Below, one piece after another: positions 49,180 to 61,263 of a stretch of DNA of 64,000 nt. The stretch spans positions 84,630,001 through 84,694,000 of the forward strand of contig OZ024744.1 in NCBI GenBank assembly GCA_964016885.1, in the 5' to 3' direction. The number at the start of each line of letters is the position of its first letter. Position 1 is the stretch's first letter. The position numbers and the translations under genes are program-made. The DNA comes from Eledone cirrhosa (taxonomy: Eukaryota). The notes under the pieces were generated by a model. It was not told where the DNA came from, ran no database searches, and worked only from the letters and a program-made list of their open reading frames with translations.

Positions 49180-51567
49180 CTAAGGCGGGTAAAATTTCCG
49201 AGATCCATGGACGAGTTCTCTCCAGCGGTCTCTGTCCCTCATTATCGCTGCCATGTCCTGCGTCTCCAACAGACCAGTGTCTGTCCTTAGGGCATCAACA
49301 TACGTTAACCTTGATCTTCCTCTTCTAGTGTGTCCATGTAGGGGATCCCACAGGAGCAACTCTGGATGTCGGTGAGCATGTCCAGCTAACCTCAGTCTCC
49401 TCTGTGTCACTTTTGAGCTGACTTTTGGGATGCTCCCATACAGCTCTGAGTTTTTCATCCTCAGTGTATACTGATTAATGTTCAGAGCCATCCTCAGCAT
49501 TCTCGTGTAGCACCCATCCACCATCTGAGTGGATTTTTTGGTCAGTGTCCAAATCTCAGACCCGTACAGCACCACAGACTCCACTACAGCAATGAAGAGG
49601 CGGATTTTCAGGTTTTACGAAGGTCCGACTTCCACACCGATCTCAAGCTGTGGCACGCCGCCCAGGCTTTGCTCTTCCTCTCAACCACATCATCTTCCGT
49701 ATTCCCAATCTTTGCTCCCAAATACAGGAAGCCCTCAACCAATTCTAGCGGTTTCCCGCCTATATTAGTGATCCCCTCTGGCTTCTACCAGATATTTTGT
49801 TTTAGTCTCATTTATTCTCAGCCCCACACTCATCGACATAGTTTCAACCTCCCGCATCAAATCCTCTGCCTCCTTCACTGTATTTGTCACCAAAACTATG
49901 TCGTCGGCAAATTCAGCATCCGATACCCTTTTCGCCTTAACTCTCCTGCTCTGAGCCGGTGCTACAGTAAAGCCAGCGTCCTGGTGTTTCTCCAGTGCAA
50001 GGCGCATACAATAGTCCACTACGATGATAAAAAGGTAGGGAGCCAATGTATCTCCCTGTAGCACTCCAGCCAGTATCTCAAAGAACTCTGTCATCCCATC
50101 AGGTGTAATGACTTGGGCTTTGGTATTGGTGTAGAGCAGTGATATCAGGTCCACTATCTTCTTGGGGATTCCATAAGCCTGTAAGATCTTCATCAGGCAG
50201 TGACGGTCCACAGAATCAAAAGTCTACCTAAAATCAATGAAATCCATGACCAGGAAGGCACTTTGCTCTAGCTCCCTCTTATATCCTCCTCAGCATCAGG
50301 AGGATATTACAACACCAACCGAAATGGAAGACTACTGAGAGACACCCTGCTGGAGGCGAACTTGATAGCGACCAACCTAAGGTTTAGGAAGAATCTGGGG
50401 AAGATGTGGACCTACATCTCAGATATGCACCTGTCCAAGTCCCAGATTGATTTCATTCTGGTGAGGAAAAAGTGGCGGAATAGTGTTCTGAACACAGAAC
50501 CATACAACTATTTCAGTACACTGGGTAGTGACCACCGGTTTGTTATGAGTGAGGTCCGGGCGAGCTTAAGAAAGAGCAAGGCTCGGCCCCGGAGAGCAAT
50601 CTATGACTGGGGAGCTTTCAAGGAAGATGAAAAGCTACAGGAGAGGTTCACAGTGGAAGTGAGAAACAGGTTCAGTGCTCTGTGTGGAGAGTCAGAGGAG
50701 AGAGAGATTGGATGGACTGAGGAGAGTGTGACGAGGAGGTACGGGCACTTCACCAATGCAGTGGCGGAAGCAAGTGAAACCCTGGTGCCGAGGAAAAAGA
50801 ACAAAAGGAAGCACGTCAGCTCTGCAAACCCAAAAGTGTGTGCAGCCATAGAACACCTGAAAGCTGCTAAGGACCAATTCTATGCTGATCCTACGGAGGA
50901 GAGGATGGAGACTGTGGAGGTTATGAGGTAAGAACTCTGTACCGCTTACACTGAGGCCAGAGAGGAGGCACTGATAGAGAAGATCAGAAGTGTGGAGAGA
51001 GCGGTTGACAGATCTGGATGTAAGGAGAGCTGGATGATCATCAACGAGATCACAGGGAGGAAGAGAAGGTGTTCGAGTCAGATCCAGGGAACGGGGCCTG
51101 AGGATAGGAAGAGGAAATGGCTAGACCATTTTAGGACCCTCTACAGCCCAGAGCACTGGGGAGATCAGGCGGCTGTTTGAGGAACTGGATGTTGAGACAG
51201 AGCCCTTCACCAGAGAGGAGCTTCAGAGAGCCAAGAAGAGGATCAAGGAGGGCAAGGCTCATGGAGAAGATAGAGTGGCATCAGAGGTGATGAAGAGGTG
51301 TTATTTTTCTGATATCATCCTGGGGTTCTGTAACCGGGCACTGGAGAAAGGAGTTGCCCCGAATCAGTGGAGGATCAGTAACATCGTCCCAGTGCCAAAG
51401 AAGGGAGATCTCTCTAACACCAACAACTACAGGGGGACCTCACTGACGTCACTTTTGGCAAAGACTCTCAACAGGATGATTCTTAACAGGATCCAGCCTC
51501 AGATGGAGAAGAAGCTCAGGGACAACCAGAACGGCTTCAGAGAGGGAAGATCAACCACCAGTCACAT
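49180..51567. mobile_element. RTE-clade LINE with inverted 5' part
   Basis: Minus 50301-49180: GVLQGDTLAPYLF, FADD, ESVVLYGSE, RLRLAGH. Plus 50302-51567: SQIDFILV, SDHR, KKGDLS..NYRG, QNGFREGRST. Confidence 0.88.
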
Positions 51568-51648
51568 ATATAGATATATATACATATATATATATACATA
51601 TATATGAAAAAGAACACAAGAGCGTCTACAACATCAAAAGATTTTTAT

Positions 51649-51697
51649 TAGCTTACAATGTTTCTTCCTTACGTAACCGTAGGATTCGTCAGAGCTA
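51649..51697 (-). ncRNA. Minimal hammerhead ribozyme in a ~175-bp module within (TA)n
   Basis: UAGCU-CUGACGA-AUCCUACG-GUUA-CGUAAGGAA-GAAAC-AUU-GUA-AGCUA; A.A at the base of helix II. Confidence 0.8.
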
Positions 51698-51889
51698 TAT
51701 ATTTTAGCTAATTATTATGCTGCCAATACCTTAATGGGACACGGGTATACAATACCTAACTCCTATTAACCTAAGTATTTATGTACATATATATACATAT
51801 ATATACATATATATATATACATATATATATATATACATATATACATATACATATATATGTATATATATATACATATATATATATACATG

Positions 51890-52915
51890 TTGATAGGCTC
51901 ATTAAAACCTTAAATTAACCAACATTGAAAACTCACTAACATGGGATATCTTGGCTAGAGCCCAACCGTTGAATGGACGAAGAAACTCTTGTGATCTCTG
52001 TCTTACCGAAGCATATTACAAAACTCTATCACGACCTCTACCGATTAATGATGGAACCGAGGTAACTATTAGCTGTCAACATCGAAGGACTAATTACTTC
52101 GCCACCAGAATATTTGACCCAACATAGTCATCTATTCCCATGTTTGCCTATAGATAATAAGTTAAATAGTTATAGCTAACTTAGATAATTATAAGTTACC
52201 TCCCTTTCATTGTCTCTCACTTAAACTCATTACCACTTCTTAACTATAAACTACCCACAATTTCTAATTTCTCGAGGAGTTACTTTCCCTGAAACCACCC
52301 TCTAATTAGCAAGATAAATATGCCCTTTAGCGGCCATCTTCTTACCCATAGGCAGATCTCACATAATGCAGTCTCGGCAGAAGAATATTGCTCGCCTATG
52401 GCAGACAATAGATATACCCAGGACACCATAGTGAAATACCAATATATGGAACATTACATTCATACAACCATCTTTTTTTACATTAATTTATATTCCTTTT
52501 GAAGTTCCGATGAACTGCTCCAATTTTACCTAAGTTAATTATCTTCAACTGAACCAGATCAATAATGATATATAATCATTTGATCCAGAAATATTATATG
52601 GAGTAGCGAAACAATTGTAAACGGACATTATTAGTATTATTATTATTATTCTTTACATTCCTTACATTAAACTAAAACTATGTTGACAATCTTTTAATAA
52701 TGTCTTCCTTGTGAAATTTGTGGTCTTGTTTTGCTTAACTAATGAATATTTCCAGCTCTCTGAACCTAACGTCTGCATGAACCCAGCCACCTAGCTGCAT
52801 TCCACTGCATATTGCACATTGAGCACATGCCTTTACGCTTTTGGCTTCTAATTCACCAATCTCTTTTCTCCTCTCCTATCTCCAAATCTCTCTTTAAGAT
52901 TGGTTACTCTTGAAC
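51890..52915 (+). mobile_element. 3' fragment of a third Hydra-like PLE (not in the ORF track)
   Basis: LTWDILARAQPLNGRRNSCDLCLTEAYY..CQHRR at ~51935-52100, then a UTR with HHR; (TA)n flanks. Confidence 0.78.
52504..52622 (+). ncRNA. Hammerhead ribozyme, C4 core, long loop II
   Basis: GUU-CCGAUGA-ACUGCUCCA..UGGAGUAGC-GAAAC-AAUU-GUA-AAC. Confidence 0.7.
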
Positions 52916-53104
52916 TGTGTATATATATACATATACATATATATATACATATATATATATACATATTTAAAAAAGGATCGATCGACTTTCGTCAAATCGG
53001 ACCGAGGAAACAATGTTTCCGTTGGTCTTTCCAGTTGCTAGTTCTATCTATCGGTCGCAACTCCAGGTAGAAGGAGCAACGTGAAATAAAGTGTCTTGTG
53101 AAGT

Positions 53105-53210
53105 GAAGGCGTGTGGCTGAATGGTTAGAGAATTGGATTCACAATCTTAAGGTTGTGAGTTCGATTCCTGGACTGGGCGACGCGTTATGTCCTTGAGCAA
53201 GACACTTTAT
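53105..53210 (+). mobile_element. CORE-like SINE 5' part
   Basis: TGTGGCTGAATGGTTAGAG A-box, GAGTTCGATTCC B-box, TCCTTGAGCAAGACACTT. Confidence 0.75.
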
Positions 53211-53286
53211 ATATACATATATATATATATATACATATAAATATATATACATACATATATATATATATCCATATATATATATATAC

Positions 53287-53406
<120 letters not shown>

Positions 53407-53544
53407 ATATATATACATATACATATACATATATATATACATATATATATATATATATGTATACATATATATACATATACATATATACATATATATATAT
53501 ATTTGGATATATATATATATATAGAGGCATATAGATATTTATAC

Positions 53545-53647
<103 letters not shown>

Positions 53648-53679
53648 TATATACATATATATATACATATATATACATG

Positions 53680-54610
53680 TAACCAAATGGGAAAAAAATG
53701 GTAAATAATGATACAAATGAGACCTGCCCCTTGTATAGGAGCAAATTTTGGAATAGAATAGAAAGAACTAGGAATAAGGTTAATAGAATAAACTCAGGGT
53801 ATGATAGCAATAAATACCAGAGTGTAATGTTCATCAATACAACCCCTAGAGGTGAATTAACTTACAAATTTAGAAGGGCCCTAGATAAACTTAAACTTAA
53901 TATTCAGACCAGGTACCTCCATAAAAACACTTATTAGTAATACATACCCTTTTCAAAGTCCTCCTTGTATAGATAACAAATGTATAATCTGTAAACTAAG
54001 CCCCCATATTAACTGTAAAACTAGAAACATAGTATATAGCATAAGATGTACTGAAGGACAATGTAAAGATAAGAATATAGTGTACATAGGTGATACAGCT
54101 CGTAGTATAGGAGAACGGTTAAATGAACACTGGCGAGAGCTTCAAAATAGAAAAGAATCATCAATACTCCACCAACATGCTAAACTAGAACATAAGGGCA
54201 AATTAGAGAACATAGAAATAAAAATAAAATCTACACACATAAAAGAGGCAATGTTTAGACAAATCACAGAGGCAATAAACATAAATGAACGCCAACCAAA
54301 ATTAAATAGAAAGCATGAGTGGAACAGCAACATCACTACTTACAATTAAGGACAAAATGAAAACACACACATAGAACAAACAACCAACCAGTAACATGTA
54401 AATAAACAAATAAATAAACGAATATAAACGCACACAGACACCCGGATGTAACACATGCGCAAACTAAGCTCACAACACACACAAAAACAAGATGGCGTAG
54501 GACAGAACAAAGGAGAGGCACAAAACAAAGAAAAGAATCCCAGTCACTGAAGAGTTCACAGAATGTGTGGCGAAAGAACTTTGACAATATATGAACCACC
54601 GTCCGGTTGT
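53680..54610 (+). mobile_element. 3' fragment of a PLE (same type as 56345-58945)
   Basis: [62 protein letters not shown]. Confidence 0.88.
54543..54585 (+). ncRNA. Minimal hammerhead ribozyme
   Basis: GUCA-CUGAAGA-GUUCACA-GAAUG-UGUGGC-GAAA-GAAC-UU-UGAC. Confidence 0.75.
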
Positions 54611-54628
54611 ATATATGTATATATATAT

Positions 54629-54685
<57 letters not shown>

Positions 54686-54833
54686 TATATACATATATAT
54701 ACATATACATATATATATACATATATATACATATACATATATAATATACATATATATATATATATATATACATATATATATACATATATATACATATACA
54801 TATATAAATATATATATACATATATATATATAC

Positions 54834-54898
<65 letters not shown>

Positions 54899-54933
54899 CA
54901 TACATATATCAATATATATACATATATATATAC

Positions 54934-54978
<45 letters not shown>

Positions 54979-55002
54979 CTTATATATATATATATATATA
55001 CA

Positions 55003-55606
55003 TACTCTTTTACTCTTTTACTCTTTTACCTGTTCCAGCCATCCGGCTGAGGCCATGTTGGGGCACCGCCCTTGTTGCTACACATTTTATCTCCAGCCTG
55101 TATAGGTTGGCCACTGGTGTAAGAAGGAGTTTGTTGCTGCTGCCCTTAGGTTTCCCTCGTGCCTTGCTGTGGGCTCATCCGGGATCCTGAATAGCAAGGT
55201 GTCGAGATGTTTCTTAAAGACATCCACCTCCACGCCATGCAAATCTCTCAAATCCCTCGGCAGCTTGTTGAAGAGTTGAGGGCGCTTGAACCCCAGGCTA
55301 TTGCAATATCTGCTCCTTATTCTAGATGTGGAAGACGGGACCTTTGGCACCAGACAGTGACGTCCTGTTCGACGGTTGGTCCAGCTCCCAATGCCAAAGT
55401 CTGGTGCTAGTCCCTCCAGGATTTTCCACATGTAGATCACTGCGTATCTCTCCCGTCTTCGTTCCAATGAGTAGAAGTTCAGTTCCTTTAGCCTCTCCCA
55501 GTAGCTTATCTCCCTCATCTTGGCAATCCTCTTGGTGTAGCTTCGCTGGATTGCCTCAAACTCCGTGGTTAGTTTGACACTATGGAGAGACCACAACTGG
55601 GAGCAA
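55003..55606 (-). mobile_element. 3' fragment of a CR1/Jockey-like LINE with (AAAAGAGT)n tail
   Basis: [48 protein letters not shown]. Confidence 0.85.
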
Positions 55607-55776
55607 TATATATATATATACATATATATATATATTCATATATATATATACATATATATATATTCATATATATATATACATATATATATATACATATATA
55701 TATATACATATATATATATACATATATATATATACATATATATATATACATATATATACATATATATATATACATT

Positions 55777-55808
<32 letters not shown>

Positions 55809-55809
55809 C

Positions 55810-55811
55810 AC

Positions 55812-55847
<36 letters not shown>

Positions 55848-55848
55848 A

Positions 55849-55883
<35 letters not shown>

Positions 55884-55951
55884 GTATATGTTGAGTGCTT
55901 CCAACCTATTTTAAAACTCATTCTTTGATTTATTCATTGTATATTTATATG

Positions 55952-56035
<84 letters not shown>

Positions 56036-56109
56036 TATATACATATAAATATACAATGAATAAATCAAAGAATGAGTTTTACAATAGGTTGGAAGCACTC
56101 AACATATAC

Positions 56110-56175
<66 letters not shown>
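55810..56175. repeat. ~360-bp fold-back with (TA)n centre
   Basis: Unique arms 55880-55960 and 56035-56113 are near-perfect reverse complements, extended outward by (TG)n/(CA)n. Confidence 0.88.
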
Positions 56176-56176
<1 letters not shown>

Positions 56177-56344
56177 GCGGCGATGAATTAGTTTAGCGAG
56201 GTTTTTTATGTGAAATCGTGTGTCGAAACAAATATTGTTATACTTGGGGAGGGTCATATTTGTGTAATATTGCCAGAATTAATAACAGAACACACTCACT
56301 GTTTGGTTGGTTTTCGCTTCTCGCTGTCTTTTATATCTGCGATC

Positions 56345-58945
56345 TAACTTACTCGGTTCTCAATGTTGCCATTGACTGACCGACGGTCAAAAATAATACA
56401 GATACAATATAGACACAAACACATATATATAGTTTACATAATTTACATAAATCTTTCGTTGCACATCTGCAACATCGTCAGTGGTGTTATATTTTTTCCT
56501 CCTGATGTGTTGTATGTCTACGCCATTTTTTATTCAGTCTGTCTATATATTTATTTATTTATTTGCTTGTTTGTTTATTTTATTTTGTTTTCTTTGCGCA
56601 TGCGTTTGCGTGTGTGTATAGTGCTATGTTTGCTGTGTGACTAGTGTGTATAGTGTTGTGTCTGCTGGGTGACTAGTGTGTGTTTATGTGCTTGTTGTTA
56701 TTGTGCTTGTGTATGTATTTATTTATCTTATTTTATTTTATTTTATTTACTTATTTATACTTCTCTTAGGTCAGTGTTGTTTGTTTGGGTGTTGTTGTTG
56801 TTCTACTCATTCTTTCTGTTTAGCTTTGGTCTTCTAATTTCTATTTCACTGGCCTCTCTGATTTGCCTATCTGCTGGGTCATTCCTATGTTTAGATATTA
56901 TTCTAATTTCTATGTTGTCTATGTTACCGTCATGTTGTTGTCTAGCATGTTCGTATAGTACTGACCCGTTTTTTCGTCCTTTTAGTTCCCCCCAGTGTTG
57001 GTCTATCCTTTCACCTATGCTACGAGCTGTCTCACCTATGTATGTTGTTGTCATGTTTCTGCAAGTACCCTCTGTACATCTTATGCTATAGACTACGTTT
57101 CTAGTTTTACAGTTTATCCGGGGGTTCACCTTACATATGATACATTTCCTATTGGTACAGTGGGTTTTCTTAAAAGGGTAGGTTTTGCTGATCAGGGATT
57201 TTATGGTGGTTCCTGGCTTTTCTACCACCTTTATTTTTAAGTGGGTCTTTCTCAGGGCCTTTCTACACTGGTTAGCTAATTTCCCTCCAGGGGTGGCGTC
57301 CACAAACATGACACTCTGGTGGTTGTCGTACCATGATGTAGCCTTCCCTATCTTATGTCTAGCCCTATCTAAGCTATTCCATGATTTGCTCCTGTATAAT
57401 GGGCAAATTCCTTTCATGTCCAGTTCTATGAGGGTCTTATACTTTTCCATGGCTTCTTCGTATACTCTGACTCTGTCTCTTTGGTTGTAGCCAGAGAACT
57501 GCATGCGGTTGATGAAGTGTTGGATGTGTCTTTCCATTTCTGTTGGGTCGCACATGCTGGACACATTCTTCATCACTCGTACCAAATCTGCGATCAGAAT
57601 ATTAAACTTAGCACTACTGGACATTGCTGAGTTTTTGAGTATCAGGTATTTGGAGGCCATGGGTTTAGCATAGTGTGAGTGGAGAATTTGGGCTCTCTCG
57701 TCTATAGTGTTAATCCAGAGTTCTGTGTCTAATACAGGTAGTCTATTGTTAGGGTGTTTGGAAGGGAAGTCTATAGTTACAGTTATACTCTGGTGTATGG
57801 AATTAGCTATCTGCTGGATGCTTTCCATCGTGCTACGTTCTAAATCAAACTTGTTAGTGCTCTCTAGTGGGGGTGTTCTTATAACTATATTGATATCGTC
57901 TACATAACGAGAGTACATGATGAGGTCTATGGAGCTTTCATTAAGGAGATCTTTAAGTCTCCTTTCCCACCATACCATGAAAAGGTTGGCAACATCACCA
58001 GCTATGCTGACGCCGATGGCTGCTCCCTCATTTTGGGTGTAGATTTTCTCATTGAACTTAAATATGTGGCCCTTTAGGGTAGTTTTGATACTAGCCCCTA
58101 TTGCATGTGCGACCATTTTTCTTACCTGATCATTGTTTTGGGGGTCCGTATAGCTTTGGTCCACCCAATCCACCTTCCCATGGGAGTCTTTTTTGCCATT
58201 GAGGTTATGGTGGGGGGTCTACCTCTTATAGGTCTACTAGGGCAGAAACATCTAAGGTCATGGCTGTCTAGGTAGTCAGTGTCGTAGGTAAGTCTAAGTA
58301 GGAGGCCCAGTTCGTCTGTGTCGACGTCGCAGAACTCCACCTCACTCTCAATGATCATCTCCACACATCTTTTCACAGCAAAATCAATGTTAATGGATGG
58401 GTACAGTGACACCACATCCATGCTGCCTATTATGCAGTTGGATAGGCTCCTGTTTTTGTTGCACTCACTGATTCCGCTGAGGAGGTCCTCTGTACTTTCA
58501 CATACATCTGGGGACATCTTGATTATGGGGCGTATAACCATTGAGAGGAAGTAGGAGATCCTGTAGTTGCTAGCTATATTAGCTCCGCATACGGGTCTTG
58601 TTGGCGGCCCTGTTGTCGGGTCGTCGACTGTCTTGTGGTCTTTGCGGAGCCCATACAAGGGTGGTATGCCATTGTTAGACGCCTGGAAGTTGTTGGCAGT
58701 GCGTCTGCTTGGCTTTAGGATGTCAGTCCACATCATCATGTGAGCGTTGAGGATTTTTTCTCTCCCATCGTGTGTTTGTTGTGCAACTTCGCTCGTGTTG
58801 GTGATGTGGGGTTGCATAGCCTCGATGTAGTTCGGCATGCTATCTATTGACATCCTACCAGGCTTATCTGTGGGTAGACACACTACCTCACCATCCCTTG
58901 TGCGCTGCTTGGGGCTAACCAAGCCTTCTACAGGTTCCCTCCCAA
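56345..58945 (-). mobile_element. Penelope-like element, RT plus GIY-YIG, one frameshift near 58150, 5' truncated
   Basis: PTDKPG, LYGLRKDHK, RPVC, SMDVVSLYPSI, GAAIG, RYVDD, LPVLD, CIIC..C..NVVY..C, YIGETARS. Confidence 0.92.
56445..56484 (-). ncRNA. Minimal hammerhead ribozyme in the PLE 3' end
   Basis: CCA-CUGACGA-U-GUUGCA-GAUG-UGCAAC-GAAA-GAUU-UA-UG; helix I weak. Confidence 0.65.
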
Positions 58946-59329
58946 GTTGTTGGGCCTCTGGTCTGCTCTGTCTCTTAGACAAGTAGTAGACAGGTATACT
59001 AAGTAGATTAGACAAGTAGTAGACAAGTGGCTTGTGTGAGGATGTTTTTTATGGATTTGGGTTGTCTTTTGCTCTTTATGATGTTGTGCGTTTGGAGGAT
59101 ATTGTTCATTCTTGGGTCTCTTTTTAGTAAAGGAATGTTCTGGAGGATTGTGTCGATGACTGTGCTTGTAAATAACATTCTTTTTTCTTCCACATTGACT
59201 TTTTACGTTCCACATTATGCACGTTTTTTTTTCCTTTTTCTTTTTTCTTTTCACTTCTTAAACCTTGTTTGTATATAACATTATTCTTTCTGCACCTTCT
59301 GTTTAACATGTGCGACACCACACATTTCA

Positions 59330-59371
59330 CTATCATTCGATAATGCATATAAATGCTGAAACCGGTAATAG
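59330..59371 (+). ncRNA. Degenerate hammerhead-like motif (U3, C4, A8)
   Basis: UCGAUAA-UGCA-UAUAAA-UGCU-GAAAC-CG-GUA-AUAG. Confidence 0.45.
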
Positions 59372-59427
59372 ACAATAATTAAATATATAAATAGATAAAT
59401 AAATGCCATTGTTAAATAATAAATAAA

Positions 59428-59709
59428 TCAACTAATACCTTAACACTTTACAAAAAGTTAAACATTTCGTTTTAATCATTTTCTAACCCAGAAAAAAGAG
59501 GGAGAGAAACATATTGGTAAGTATTAAATATTGATCAACAGTTCATATATATATAATATATATATACATATATATATATATCAACTAATACCTTAACACT
59601 TCACACAAAGTAAAACATTTCGTTTTAATCATTTTCTAACCCAGAAAAAAGTAATATTGGTAAGTAATACTGGTAAGTATTAAATATTGATCAACAGTTC
59701 AAATATATA

Positions 59710-59753
<44 letters not shown>

Positions 59754-59830
59754 ACTAATACCTTAACACTTAACACAAAGTAAAACATTTCGTTTTAATC
59801 ATTTTCTAAACCAGAAAAAAGAGAGAGAGA
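59428..59830. repeat. Three tandem ~150-170-bp units separated by (TA)n
   Basis: TCAACTAATACCTTAACACTT.. at 59428, 59581 and 59751; the tail recurs at ~60465. Confidence 0.88.
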
Positions 59831-60502
59831 AACAAAAAATGAAAAAAAATATTTTTCTTCCTCATAATCGTCTCTTTCTCCCTGTTTTCATATATATATA
59901 TATAATTTGTATGTATGATCGTATGAAAACCCCCTAGTTAAGTTAATCCATTCTATGTTATAGAGGTGAACACTTAATAAAAAAAATAAAAAAAATAAAA
60001 AAACATTTGAACAAGAAAAAAAACTTAAAGTGAAACAATCCACCTAGTGGCACGAGGAGACTTAATAATATCACTATATATAGTGGAGGTTGAATATCTT
60101 TCTTTCACAATTATTGAACGACATAACCTGTCATTGCCATTCTTCACATCTTGACGATGACAAATCAAGTAAGTTATTTTAAAATGTAAATTACTTTATC
60201 ATACTATTCTGAATATTTATCTTTATTTATATCTTTATATTCTAAATGTATTTTCAGCAAGAACGTGTCAAAATGAATAATAAACCAGTTATATTAGAAA
60301 TTTTTGAATCCTTTCGTCAACTTTTATCTTGGCACTGTAAGGTAACTGGAGGCTCTAAAAAGCTATGTAGTGTGATTCCTGAAAGGGTTAGATCACACAG
60401 TAATTTGAAAGCGTCTGGTCTCAGGTCTAGTTTTGCAGAGCCTCAATTTAGATTTAGAAGCCAGTAATATTGGTAAGTATTAAATATTGATCAACAGTGC
60501 AT

Positions 60503-60535
<33 letters not shown>

Positions 60536-60558
60536 TTACTAGTAGCAGTACAGGCTAA

Positions 60559-60609
60559 AGTTTAAGCACAGAATTGCTGCTTTCACCCTATACGGGATCT
60601 TCTGTAACT
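60559..60609 (-). ncRNA. Hammerhead-like motif, A4 core, with an adjacent inverted partial copy (60617-60670)
   Basis: AGUUA-CAGAAGA-UCCC-GUAUA-GGGU-GAAA-GCA..UGC-UU-AAACU. Confidence 0.6.
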
Positions 60610-60787
60610 CCAAACTTGGGTGAAAACAAAACCTTTTTTGCTTAAACTTTAATCTGTATTAAAAATAAATGTTTGCTCTACGGTTTTATATATAAATGAA
60701 GTGCTTTGCTCAAGAACACAACACACAACCTAGTCCAAGAATTGAACTGTTAATTACTAGATAATTTTCAACCTGCTCCAGACAGAT

Positions 60788-60819
<32 letters not shown>

Positions 60820-61036
60820 TATATATATATATTATATATATATATTATATTATATATATATATTATATATATATTATATATATATATATATTGGCCTAGA
60901 GAATTGGATTAAAGATTTCGATTCCCAGACAATTCTGAAATTATAAAACAGCAATAATTAAAAAAATACAAAATGTATCAATTTTCTGAGAGATAAATTC
61001 TATCACATATTTTGAAGGAAATTCAGAACATCTAGT

Positions 61037-61263
61037 TTATCTAGATTGGAGCATGCACAAATAAACTCTGCAAAGTCTGAAGAGCTTGTGGACTGTCGGA
61101 ACTTTATTCTCCTTGGCATCTCTTTTAAAAGCTAAAATGTATATTAAATGAGAAATGAGTGAAAATTAGACGAATAACTTACCTGATATTTTGTTCTTAC
61201 AATATTGTGTTTCTATATCTTTTAAGAGGATTCTAAACTCTTTTGGAACACAAATGATCATTC
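61037..61263 (-). other. Two candidate exons (61263-61183, 61131-61037) with a 51-nt GT-AG intron
   Basis: TTTTTCAG|81 nt|GTAAGT..TTTTAG| joins in frame: MIICVPKEFRILLKDIETQYCKNKIS-AFKRDAKENKVPTVHKLFRLCRVYLCMLQSR*. No recognised homolog. Confidence 0.3.

Noticed and set aside
60040-60052. CTCF-like motif CCACTAGGTGG (minus strand)
   Set aside because: A single short imperfect match, expected by chance in 64 kb.
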